Position numbers and translations under genes: made by a program. 60,693 nucleotides of DNA, taken from IMG/VR virus record IMGVR_UViG_3300029604_000003; one strand, given 5' to 3'. The notes beneath the pieces are model-generated. The model ran no database searches. It worked only from the letters and a program-made list of their open reading frames with translations, and was not told the origin of the DNA. This DNA is from a virus. Below, piece after piece: positions 44,010 to 50,332 of this stretch (the stretch's first letter is position 1; every line of letters begins with the position of its first letter).

Positions 44010-44840
44010 TTATATCAGCATGCTTGAACTGTATTCCATGTCTTTGAACCAGCCTTTAACTTCTCGTTTTTCCTGTTTAGTTTCCATGAATAACCCATGC
44101 GGTAAATCAAGATACCGTATATAGTAACCATCAGTGTTTTCAAACGGCACAAGTTGAATATCAACCCATTCGTTTGTCTTGTCATTCTCGTCCATATCGA
44201 TCTTAGACCAACCTACAACGCTTCCGAAACTTGTTGGATGCAAATCGAGATCGTATCTAAACTGATCGTAAGTTACCGTGTGAGCAGGGCTTAATGCCAA
44301 TTTCCTATTCAGCTTTAATATAGCTGATTCTACTGTCGCTTTGTCAGCATAGAAACCCTCATCGGTAAGACTGTCAATAAAGAACGTCAATCCCGTTGTA
44401 TCTACGAATTTTGATTCCTGCTCAGATACTGTTTTCGTAATTGGAGCTCTGCTAGCTTTCCAAATATTTTCTTCTTTTTCTTTGCCTACCTCGTGTACTA
44501 CTTCCTCTCTATATCGCTTAAAGTTAGCCTGTAAGAGACTCATAGCTCCTGCTAATGCTGCCAGCTGTTTCTTGTTTAAGAAGTTTGATCCAAAGATGCA
44601 CCCTATTGTAGCAGCGCCAACTACAATAGACGGAGCGTAAATCGGAGCTACAACCTTTACCTCTTCAATAAACGTAAGCTCTCTATGCTTCTTTTTCTCA
44701 ATCTCGTCAACTTTAAGTGTTGCTTTGATGGATGCTTTATTTGTAAGGATGTTTGATACTACCACACCTATAGCCGCACCTATAGATAAAATAGTAGGCA
44801 TGTTTCTTTTAATAAAATATCCTACCTGTTCAGTGTTCAT
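44010..44840 (-). CDS. Two-TM membrane protein, paralog family member 3 (276 aa)
   Basis: Same architecture (TM1 ILSIGAAIGVVVSNIL; TM2 PSIVVGAATIGCIFGS), adjacent to member 2. Confidence 0.6.
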   Translation of the reverse strand: MNTEQVGYFIKRNMPTILSIGAAIGVVVSNILTNKASIKATLKVDEIEKKKHRELTFIEEVKVVAPIYAPSIVVGAATIGCIFGSNFLNKKQLAALAGAMSLLQANFKRYREEVVHEVGKEKEENIWKASRAPITKTVSEQESKFVDTTGLTFFIDSLTDEGFYADKATVESAILKLNRKLALSPAHTVTYDQFRYDLDLHPTSFGSVVGWSKIDMDENDKTNEWVDIQLVPFENTDGYYIRYLDLPHGLFMETKQEKREVKGWFKDMEYSSSMLI

Positions 44841-44864
44841 TTTGACTCCTTTCTAGAAAAGGTA

Positions 44865-44884
44865 GAGGACCTGAATTAGTCCTC
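44865..44884 (-). terminator. Hairpin GAGGAC-N8-GTCCTC overlapping a stop codon (copy 1 of 2)
   Basis: gaggacctgaattagtcctc is identical to 48722-48741. In both copies the hairpin spans the ...EDED-stop end of a small gene. Confidence 0.5.
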
Positions 44885-45031
44885 ATCCTCTTTTTTGTCG
44901 GTTGATTCTAAAGCCTTTACTTTGTTATCGACTGCCTTATCGATACTTAACTGTGTCAAACAGATTCCTAAGAATCCTGCTATAGCAGTACATCCGATCT
45001 GGCCAATCTTTAATAAAGTTTCTTTGCCCAT
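44876..45031 (-). CDS. Small single-TM protein (51 aa), not in ORF track
   Basis: MGKETLLKIGQIGCTAIAGFLGICLTQLSIDKAV...KKEDED, with a GGAGGTGATAAAATG start context. Confidence 0.4.
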   Translation of the reverse strand: MGKETLLKIGQIGCTAIAGFLGICLTQLSIDKAVDNKVKALESTDKKEDED

Positions 45032-45322
45032 TTTATCACCTCCTATTATATGAAATGAATTATCTGCGATGTCGTCTTTCTGAAATCATCAGTACTATAA
45101 ACGCCGTTAAAAATGCTAATAAGAATGTATCCATAATAACTAACTCCTAATAAATATCTCTCTGAATTTCTTTTACGATCCTGTTAGTTTCTTCCTGCTG
45201 CTTGTCGTATTCATATCGTGTATATGCTCTAAACGATCCAAGTATAACGATCATTACAAGACAAAATATAAAGAATTTATCTTCCCTTTTCAATTTCCTC
45301 TCTCCTTCCTAGAAAAGCTTAA

Positions 45323-45342
45323 AGGCCATGTTTCCATAGCCT
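45323..45342 (-). terminator. GAAA-loop hairpin family terminator
   Basis: The minus strand reads AGGCTATG-GAAA-CATGGCCT followed by TTAAGCTTTTC. It is identical to the copy at 45716-45735. Confidence 0.6.
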
Positions 45343-45359
45343 ATAAACTTCGTTCTTTA

Positions 45360-45644
45360 TTATTTTGTGTTTCGATCCTGAAATTCTACTAAAGCCTTAA
45401 CAACTTCGGTATTTTCAATGTTGTCTCTCAGCATACGATCGTGAAAATCACTCATGCCTTTCTGCCATCCGTTTCTGTATGCTTCTGCATTTGTCATGCC
45501 AATGTACTTTCCAATCATAGCACCACAAGCACGACCAGTTGCAACAGCAATTACAGTCGTAGCGCAGAAAGCGATGATATCACTCTTATGCTCAACAACA
45601 TACTCTTTTGCCTCGTTAAGTTTCTGTTTAGTTTTTTCTTTCAT
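45360..45644 (-). CDS. Small single-TM protein (94 aa)
   Basis: Hydrophobic helix IIAFCATTVIAVATGRACGAMIG. The gene has its own promoter and terminator. Confidence 0.55.
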   Translation of the reverse strand: MKEKTKQKLNEAKEYVVEHKSDIIAFCATTVIAVATGRACGAMIGKYIGMTNAEAYRNGWQKGMSDFHDRMLRDNIENTEVVKALVEFQDRNTK

Positions 45645-45681
45645 TTTAATTCTCCTTTCAACTTAAAACAATAAAGTTCTC

Positions 45682-45706
45682 ATTATAGACTAAGAATTAT
45701 TTGCGA
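45682..45706 (-). promoter_or_regulatory. Promoter-like motif TCGCA-N14-TATAAT
   Basis: The minus strand reads TCGCA AATAATTCTTAGTC TATAAT, followed by GAGAACTTTATTGTT. Confidence 0.6.
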
Positions 45707-45715
45707 AAAGCTTAA

Positions 45716-45735
45716 AGGCCATGTTTCCATAGCCT
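45716..45735 (-). terminator. GAAA-loop hairpin family terminator
   Basis: The minus strand reads AGGCTATG-GAAA-CATGGCCT followed by TTAAGCTTTTC, directly upstream of the promoter-like motif. Confidence 0.6.
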
Positions 45736-45757
45736 ATAAACTTAACTTTCTTGTTTC

Positions 45758-46153
45758 TCAGATCTTCGTCTTTGGAAAGATCCCCGGAAATGCCTTACTA
45801 AGTATTGCTCCTCCATTACCTTCGAAGACCATCACTCCGATGCTAAGACCGGCCCAAGCGGCCAGCGTTACTCCGGATTTGATCAACTCTAATTTTGAAT
45901 TAGTTTTAGACTGCTCCAGTTCGCGTTCTCTAATGTCGAGTTCTCTTTCTTTGTGATCAAACTCTTTCATTTTGATATCGCGCTCCTGTGTGAGCTTATC
46001 TTCTTCTAATTTCAATTTGTAGAAGCTAACCAAATTGTCGGCAATAGCGTTTCGCTCGTCTCCAATCTTTTCATCGAAGAGTTTATTGTCCTCTTCAATA
46101 ATAGTTTGCTCTAATACCTCTCTTAAGTTTTCAGTTCCTTCTTCTCTTGCCAT
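45758..46153 (-). CDS. Coiled-coil protein with C-terminal TM helix (131 aa)
   Basis: A Glu/Lys-rich helical body is followed by GVTLAAWAGLSIGVMVF. Confidence 0.55.
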   Translation of the reverse strand: MAREEGTENLREVLEQTIIEEDNKLFDEKIGDERNAIADNLVSFYKLKLEEDKLTQERDIKMKEFDHKERELDIRERELEQSKTNSKLELIKSGVTLAAWAGLSIGVMVFEGNGGAILSKAFPGIFPKTKI

Positions 46154-46190
46154 ATTTGACTCCTTTCAATATTATAACAATAAAGTTCTC

Positions 46191-46215
46191 ATTATAAGCC
46201 CTGTTTTATTTGCGT
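46191..46215 (-). promoter_or_regulatory. Promoter-like motif, variant (ACGCA-N14-TATAAT)
   Basis: The minus strand reads ACGCA AATAAAACAGGGCT TATAAT, followed by GAGAACTTTATTGTT. It overlaps the 3' end of the upstream gene. Confidence 0.5.
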
Positions 46216-46437
46216 GCCTGACATACGCCTAACTTCGAACGTTACTGTATCGGAATTGTACATCTCTTTAAGAGAGTCTTTTCCCTTAACCTCAAGAGCA
46301 CAGTAGTACCCTTCGCTATCCTCGTCCCTAGCCATTTTGATGATGCCTGGGCAAGACATTTTCGTTACGTTTTTGCCAACATGCATACCGACAATATACC
46401 CAAGAGTTACACATATAATGCATACTAATACGTTCAT
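46192..46437 (-). CDS. Small N-terminal-TM protein (81 aa)
   Basis: MNVLVCIICVTLGYIVGMHVG hydrophobic N-terminus. Confidence 0.5.
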   Translation of the reverse strand: MNVLVCIICVTLGYIVGMHVGKNVTKMSCPGIIKMARDEDSEGYYCALEVKGKDSLKEMYNSDTVTFEVRRMSGTQIKQGL

Positions 46438-46438
46438 T

Positions 46439-46822
46439 TTAATTCCTCCTTATCTTTTTATATCCTATTACTATAGCTTCGATATCTCCGCATCTAATAC
46501 CTCCTTGAACTGCGGATGTGTAGGAAAACTCTGCGAGCGCTTTTTGGAGTTTGTCTGAAGATGATATTGTCTCTTGTGCAAATAAATATCTAGGGATAGA
46601 TGTGTGATCATAATATGTGACTCTTTTTGCATAGTTTTTCACCGCCTTTTTGAATGCTTGAACCTTGCCGTACTGGAACCATTTATAAGAGAAGTAGATC
46701 CTTATATGATCTGGTCTAGTGACAGTGGTTATTACGTCCCAGCCATTACGCATTGTAATAATATCGTGAACCATATAGTAAATATAATTCCGTCTAGAAA
46801 TATCAATATGAGTTTTAAACAT
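46439..46822 (-). CDS. Hypothetical early protein (127 aa)
   Basis: Minus-strand ORF with ATGA-type coupling to the upstream gene. Confidence 0.5.
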   Translation of the reverse strand: MFKTHIDISRRNYIYYMVHDIITMRNGWDVITTVTRPDHIRIYFSYKWFQYGKVQAFKKAVKNYAKRVTYYDHTSIPRYLFAQETISSSDKLQKALAEFSYTSAVQGGIRCGDIEAIVIGYKKIRRN

Positions 46823-47277
46823 TATAATCCCTCCTTCATAGTTTTAAACAGGTGCTCGAAGCTGTCATCATTGAATTCAATTGCATGACAGATATCTTTT
46901 GATATATCCCTAGTATCAACTGGAGTTCCTTTTGGCGATTTACCAGCGATTAACGGGCTCTTGCCTATTGTCTTCATAACTGAATTCAGCTCGATATATT
47001 TTGACAGCTTTACAGCCTTGAATCCAGACAAGTCTACAATGCCAGATGCAACATGAATATCAAAGATATTGTTGTCCAGGTACACCATCTTCTTATCAAG
47101 ATCTCTTGCTGAGAACGGAATAATCATACTCTGATCATTGTCCCGGTATAAGAAGACAGCAGACAACATGCCTCCACAATTCGGAACTAACCGAATAGAA
47201 TTGCAATCTGATGCTACCTTACTCTCGTAGAAATGGCCATCCAATCCAACGAAATCCTCAACATACTTTACTACCAT
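46822..47277 (-). CDS. Hypothetical early protein (151 aa)
   Basis: Minus-strand ORF with an AAGGAGGATACAAAAATG start context. Confidence 0.55.
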   Translation of the reverse strand: MVVKYVEDFVGLDGHFYESKVASDCNSIRLVPNCGGMLSAVFLYRDNDQSMIIPFSARDLDKKMVYLDNNIFDIHVASGIVDLSGFKAVKLSKYIELNSVMKTIGKSPLIAGKSPKGTPVDTRDISKDICHAIEFNDDSFEHLFKTMKEGL

Positions 47278-47334
47278 TTTTGTATCCTCCTTTAATTTAA
47301 AAAATATAAAAGGAGAAGCCTATGTAGGCCCCTC

Positions 47335-47508
47335 CTAGTTTTTGTGATGTTTTTTCCAGATATGTTTGATGATAGCATAGATTATCAATCCTGCCACTAT
47401 CACATCTCCGAAAGTGAACAGTATTGAAATACCTCCTGCTAAGAGCAGTGCTATTCCAACTACTATCACTCCTAATAAAATAGCTCCTAAAATTATCAAT
47501 GTAATCAT
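47335..47508 (-). CDS. Small two-TM protein (57 aa), not in ORF track
   Basis: MITLIILGAILLGVIVVGIALLLAGGISILFTFGDVIVAGLIIYAIIKHIWKKHHKN, with an AAGGAGGAATGTAAGATG start context. Confidence 0.45.
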   Translation of the reverse strand: MITLIILGAILLGVIVVGIALLLAGGISILFTFGDVIVAGLIIYAIIKHIWKKHHKN

Positions 47509-47530
47509 CTTACATTCCTCCTTTCATCTC

Positions 47531-47555
47531 ATTATACACTATGAGATTTTTGCGA
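47531..47555 (-). promoter_or_regulatory. Promoter-like motif TCGCA-N14-TATAAT
   Basis: The minus strand reads TCGCA AAAATCTCATAGTG TATAAT, followed by GAGAT. It overlaps the 3' end of 47539-47778. Confidence 0.55.
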
Positions 47556-47778
47556 GGCGTTCAAGCTCATCCATTACGAGGCTAATTCCCTCAAGTTTAC
47601 CTTTTAAGCGTTCCGTTTCCATAAGAATATGTAACCCTTCTACTGAATCTTCATCCGGTAACGCTTTTGCTTTCTGGTTCAATTCTTTTGCTCGTGTTAA
47701 GATTTTCTCTGCTTCTTTATTTGAGAAATCAATCATAGCTATTAACTTACTGTGTGTTAAAATTTCGTTTAATGTCAT
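47539..47778 (-). CDS. Small coiled-coil protein (79 aa)
   Basis: Helical Glu/Lys/Leu-rich ORF with an AAAGGAGTCAAAATG start context. Confidence 0.5.
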   Translation of the reverse strand: MTLNEILTHSKLIAMIDFSNKEAEKILTRAKELNQKAKALPDEDSVEGLHILMETERLKGKLEGISLVMDELERLAKIS

Positions 47779-47802
47779 TTTGACTCCTTTCTAGAAAAGC
47801 TT

Positions 47803-47828
47803 ATAGACCATGTTTCCATAGTCTATAA
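47803..47828 (-). terminator. GAAA-loop hairpin family terminator
   Basis: The minus strand reads TATAGACTATG-GAAA-CATGGTCTATA (11 pairs) followed by AGCTTTTC. Confidence 0.6.
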
Positions 47829-47923
47829 ACCTTATTACTACTCATTATTTTCTTGGTTTTCTTACTCCATAATTGTATGGTTTTTTCATACTAATCACCT
47901 CCTTATAATAATGTTTAGTTCTC

Positions 47924-47948
47924 ATTATAATGAATGAAATATTTGCGA
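47924..47948 (-). promoter_or_regulatory. Promoter-like motif TCGCA-N14-TATAAT
   Basis: The minus strand reads TCGCA AATATTTCATTCAT TATAAT, followed by GAGAAC. Confidence 0.6.
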
Positions 47949-47960
47949 GATAAAAGAAAG

Positions 47961-47980
47961 AGCCAATGTTTCCACTGACT
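47961..47980 (-). terminator. GAAA-loop hairpin family terminator (diverged)
   Basis: The minus strand reads AGTCAGTG-GAAA-CATTGGCT (8 pairs including two G-U) followed by CTTTCTTTT. Confidence 0.5.
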
Positions 47981-47988
47981 CATCCTAG

Positions 47989-48099
47989 TTAGAATAGTAA
48001 AGCTCCTATTCCAAGACCGATTCCTACCAGTGCAATTACCGGTCCTAAAATCGCTAATGTAATAAATACCTTTACTATGTTTGCTAAGAATTCTTTCAT
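47989..48099 (-). CDS. Tiny single-TM peptide (36 aa), not in ORF track
   Basis: MKEFLANIVKVFITLAILGPVIALVGIGLGIGALLF, with an AAAGGAGGAGCTAAAAGATG start context between a promoter and a terminator. Confidence 0.4.
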   Translation of the reverse strand: MKEFLANIVKVFITLAILGPVIALVGIGLGIGALLF

Positions 48100-48122
48100 C
48101 TTTTAGCTCCTCCTTTCTTCCT

Positions 48123-48147
48123 ATTATAGGAACAGAATATCTTGCGA
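48123..48147 (-). promoter_or_regulatory. Promoter-like motif TCGCA-N14-TATAAT
   Basis: The minus strand reads TCGCA AGATATTCTGTTCC TATAAT, followed by AGGAAG. Confidence 0.55.
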
Positions 48148-48155
48148 AAAAGGAA

Positions 48156-48173
48156 CGGGCTTTGAATCGCCCG
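48156..48173 (-). terminator. Intrinsic terminator hairpin
   Basis: The minus strand reads CGGGC-GATTCAAA-GCCCG followed by TTCCTTTTTC. Confidence 0.55.
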
Positions 48174-48186
48174 CGTCCCTAGACCT

Positions 48187-48411
48187 CTATTTAGTTGTGT
48201 TTTGATTTTTCTTCTTTCTCTTATCGAAATATGTCTGCAATTGGAAATACTCCCAAACTGATGCAAAATATCCAACAGCACTAAATGTTATTCCGATCCA
48301 GAGACCTACATTGTAGATCATCCAGAATCCAATGAACATTAGTAATGTTGGTGCGCATACAAAGCTTAAAGCTGACGCCAATGCAAATAATTTTTCTAAT
48401 CTTTTCTTCAT
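48187..48411 (-). CDS. Small two-TM protein (74 aa)
   Basis: Two hydrophobic helices (LFALASALSFVCAPTLLMFIGFWMI; LWIGITFSAVGYFASVW) and a basic C-terminus. Confidence 0.55.
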   Translation of the reverse strand: MKKRLEKLFALASALSFVCAPTLLMFIGFWMIYNVGLWIGITFSAVGYFASVWEYFQLQTYFDKRKKKNQNTTK

Positions 48412-48441
48412 ATCAAATTACCTCCTAAATGTTTAATCTTC

Positions 48442-48466
48442 ATTATAGTACATGAATATGCTGCGA
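48442..48466 (-). promoter_or_regulatory. Promoter-like motif TCGCA-N14-TATAAT
   Basis: The minus strand reads TCGCA GCATATTCATGTAC TATAAT, followed by GAAGAT. Confidence 0.55.
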
Positions 48467-48473
48467 AAAGAAA

Positions 48474-48492
48474 GAGGCCTTGTTTAAGCCTC
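48474..48492 (-). terminator. Intrinsic terminator hairpin overlapping stop codon
   Basis: The minus strand reads GAGGC-TTAAACAAG-GCCTC followed by TTTCTTTTC. Confidence 0.5.
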
Positions 48493-48669
48493 AATCTCAG
48501 ATTCGTTCATTTCGTTTACAATTCGGTTATACGCCCTTACACCTGTGTCTTTGTCGCATGTCCTTTTTAATACTTCATCAGTTCTTCTATCAACTACTAA
48601 GTATCCATTACTAGACACCTCCTGAACAAGTGCTATAGTTCCATTGCTTTTTACTAAATCGTAATACAT
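48484..48669 (-). CDS. Small soluble protein (61 aa)
   Basis: MYYDLVKSNGTIALVQEVSSNGYLVVDRRTDEVLKR... The start ATG at 48669 follows AAAGGAGTG. Confidence 0.5.
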   Translation of the reverse strand: MYYDLVKSNGTIALVQEVSSNGYLVVDRRTDEVLKRTCDKDTGVRAYNRIVNEMNESEIEA

Positions 48670-48685
48670 ATAAATCACTCCTTTC

Positions 48686-48710
48686 ATTATATGAAAAGAA
48701 AAATATGCGA
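48686..48710 (-). promoter_or_regulatory. Promoter-like motif TCGCA-N14-TATAAT
   Basis: The minus strand reads TCGCA TATTTTTCTTTTCA TATAAT, followed by GAAAGGAG, so the RBS follows almost at once. Confidence 0.55.
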
Positions 48711-48721
48711 AGAAAAGAAGA

Positions 48722-48741
48722 GAGGACCTGAATTAGTCCTC
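48722..48741 (-). terminator. Hairpin GAGGAC-N8-GTCCTC overlapping a stop codon (copy 2 of 2)
   Basis: Identical 20-mer to 44865-44884, followed on the minus strand by TCTCTTCTTTTCTTC. Confidence 0.55.
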
Positions 48742-48918
48742 ATCCTCTTCGTCATAACTAAACGCCATTGCTACAAAATATGCAATAATTCCACATCCAA
48801 ATGCTACAATTGGGTTCATGATTCCTACCATAGTCAATACCGCAATTACAAGTATTGCTACTGGGAATATAGTGATTAACCAACGTCCATCTTTGAATAT
48901 CTTTAATAATTCTTTCAT
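48733..48918 (-). CDS. Small two-TM protein (61 aa)
   Basis: WLITIFPVAILVIAVLTMVGIM and IVAFGCGIIAYFVAMAF helices, with an acidic C-terminus DEEDED. Confidence 0.55.
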   Translation of the reverse strand: MKELLKIFKDGRWLITIFPVAILVIAVLTMVGIMNPIVAFGCGIIAYFVAMAFSYDEEDED

Positions 48919-48954
48919 ATTTATGTACCTCCTTTAAATACGTCTCTAGTTCCT

Positions 48955-48979
48955 ATTATAGGAAAGGAATTAAATGCGA
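48955..48979 (-). promoter_or_regulatory. Promoter-like motif TCGCA-N14-TATAAT
   Basis: The minus strand reads TCGCA TTTAATTCCTTTCC TATAAT, followed by AGGAAC. Confidence 0.55.
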
Positions 48980-48993
48980 GGTAAAAATATAAA

Positions 48994-49011
48994 GCCCATG
49001 TTTCCATGAGC
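48994..49011 (-). terminator. GAAA-loop hairpin family terminator
   Basis: The minus strand reads GCTCATG-GAAA-CATGGGC followed by TTTATATTTTT. Confidence 0.55.
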
Positions 49012-49032
49012 AATATATTTTGATTTGTTGGT

Positions 49033-49248
49033 TTATTTGGTTTTCTTTTTGATAAGTTTCTCTTCAATGATACTCCAAATTACTAAACCTGCGCCTATAC
49101 CGATCATAGTAAGTGAGGCACCTTTGATAAGTCCGTCACGGTACATTTGACCGCCGAAGTTTATCAAAGCGTTACACTCATCACTACTCATCTTATTAGC
49201 GAGATTTTCAATAATGTTCTTCTGTTCATCTGTGATAACACTACTCAT
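49033..49248 (-). CDS. Small protein with C-terminal TM helix (71 aa)
   Basis: MSSVITDEQKNIIENL...GASLTMIGIGAGLVIWSII. The start ATG at 49248 follows AGGAGGTGATTTAT. Confidence 0.55.
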   Translation of the reverse strand: MSSVITDEQKNIIENLANKMSSDECNALINFGGQMYRDGLIKGASLTMIGIGAGLVIWSIIEEKLIKKKTK

Positions 49249-49262
49249 ATAAATCACCTCCT

Positions 49263-49287
49263 ATTATAATAACAGATTTATTTGCGA
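49263..49287 (-). promoter_or_regulatory. Promoter-like motif TCGCA-N14-TATAAT (first of the early array)
   Basis: The minus strand reads TCGCA AATAAATCTGTTAT TATAAT, followed by AGGAGG. Confidence 0.6.
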
Positions 49288-49327
49288 AAAAGAAACACAC
49301 CCTGAATTCTTGGCGATACTCTGACGT

Positions 49328-49356
49328 CCCTAGACCCTCGTATAGAAAGTCTAGAG
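49328..49356 (-). terminator. Hairpin CTCTAGAC-N13-GTCTAGGG at the end of the late operon
   Basis: An 8-bp stem (one G-U) lies 15 nt after the holin stop. There is no clear U-tract. A homologous hairpin occurs at 52940-52969. Confidence 0.4.
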
Positions 49357-49370
49357 ACATCGTATGTACG

Positions 49371-49595
49371 TTACTGCTTTCTAGCTGCGGCAGCTTTGCG
49401 CTTGTTATGCTGACTTGTGCTAATACCGAGCAGAGCACCCAGAAAAGTGTCAACTGCAGTAATAGTTCCTACGACCTGGTCTCCATATGGAAGCCCCCAG
49501 ATGGTAGCAAGTGTGAAATAAAGAGTACCAATCGCTGGTAAGGCAATTAATGCAATCCATTTAAGAATATCATACTGTTTATTTGTTAACTTCAT
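49371..49595 (-). CDS. Holin (74 aa, two TM helices, basic C-terminus)
   Basis: MKLTNKQYDILKWIALIALPAIGTLYFTLATIWGLPYGDQVVGTITAVDTFLGALLGISTSQHNKRKAAAARKQ has holin architecture (Dp-1/phiLC3-like pattern from memory). It is the last gene of the late operon. The start ATG at 49595 follows AAGGAGAAAGTCAAA. Confidence 0.6.
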   Translation of the reverse strand: MKLTNKQYDILKWIALIALPAIGTLYFTLATIWGLPYGDQVVGTITAVDTFLGALLGISTSQHNKRKAAAARKQ

Positions 49596-49923
49596 TTTGA
49601 CTTTCTCCTTCCGATATTGGTGGTACGGTAAATATTTTGAGTCGGTTGACTCCCTCCATAACCCTCTTTGCTGAGCCATTTCCGCCTAGGGCTTTGTACG
49701 GTTCATAAAGGTAGTCGCTCAAATTCTCATATTCATCTTTTGTGATCCATCCACGTTCAATGTACGTCATTCCTAATGCTACAATGCGGTCGTGGGCCAG
49801 TCCAATGAGCATCTGACTTTGTAATGATTTTTTGTCATCTTTTTTCTGGAGCCAAGCCCAGAATCCCGAGGATGCAATAACCGAACACAACACAGTGACG
49901 ATAATTGATACGATACTTTCCAT
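49579..49923 (-). CDS. N-terminal-TM protein in lysis cassette (114 aa)
   Basis: MESIVSIIVTVLCSVIASSGFWAWL helix followed by a soluble domain. It is adjacent to and overlaps the holin gene. Confidence 0.4.
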   Translation of the reverse strand: MESIVSIIVTVLCSVIASSGFWAWLQKKDDKKSLQSQMLIGLAHDRIVALGMTYIERGWITKDEYENLSDYLYEPYKALGGNGSAKRVMEGVNRLKIFTVPPISEGESQNEVNK

Positions 49924-49934
49924 AATCTTCCTCC

Positions 49935-50318
49935 TTATGCGATTACTTTATCAAGCTCATAAGGAATAAACATCCATGCGTCATTACCTAATACAGAATA
50001 AGCTATTGAAAATATCTTAGCTCCATAATCGGCTATAAAGTTGCAGACCCATTCTTCCGCTAATATCCAATATTCTGGTTTTACAACCTTATGAATATCG
50101 TCTAGCAGACCGTAACTAACAAGAGCACAATGACCTAGCTCATGGATAAGAACTTTCATGAGGAGTGCACCATATAAGCTCCTCGACATGAAAATAGTTG
50201 CAAGGTTTGGGTCTGTGGTGGCTAATGTCATTTTTCCAGTCCTATCCATAAGCATTTTGTCATTTGGGTTTACGAACTTTATCCTCCATAAATATCCATT
50301 CATTGAGAATCTGTCCAT
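49935..50318 (-). CDS. Small HExxH zinc metallopeptidase-like protein (127 aa)
   Basis: The motif VLIHELGHCAL is read directly. It lies next to the holin genes. The subfamily (ImmA/IrrE-like versus another) is not resolved. Confidence 0.45.
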   Translation of the reverse strand: MDRFSMNGYLWRIKFVNPNDKMLMDRTGKMTLATTDPNLATIFMSRSLYGALLMKVLIHELGHCALVSYGLLDDIHKVVKPEYWILAEEWVCNFIADYGAKIFSIAYSVLGNDAWMFIPYELDKVIA

Positions 50319-50332
50319 AATCGCAGTTCTCT

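Noticed and set aside
43100-49300. Repeated ~25-nt motifs and hairpins as a possible CRISPR array
   Set aside because: The repeats are not identical, their spacing is irregular (100-400+ nt), and the 'spacers' are RBS-preceded ORFs. The repeats resolve into promoter-like and terminator-like halves.
22063-49300. Lysogeny module (integrase, CI/Cro-type repressors, excisionase, attP)
   Set aside because: I looked through all early and middle ORFs. I found no tyrosine/serine recombinase motifs or divergent repressor pair, and the single-strand gene organisation argues against a lysogeny switch.
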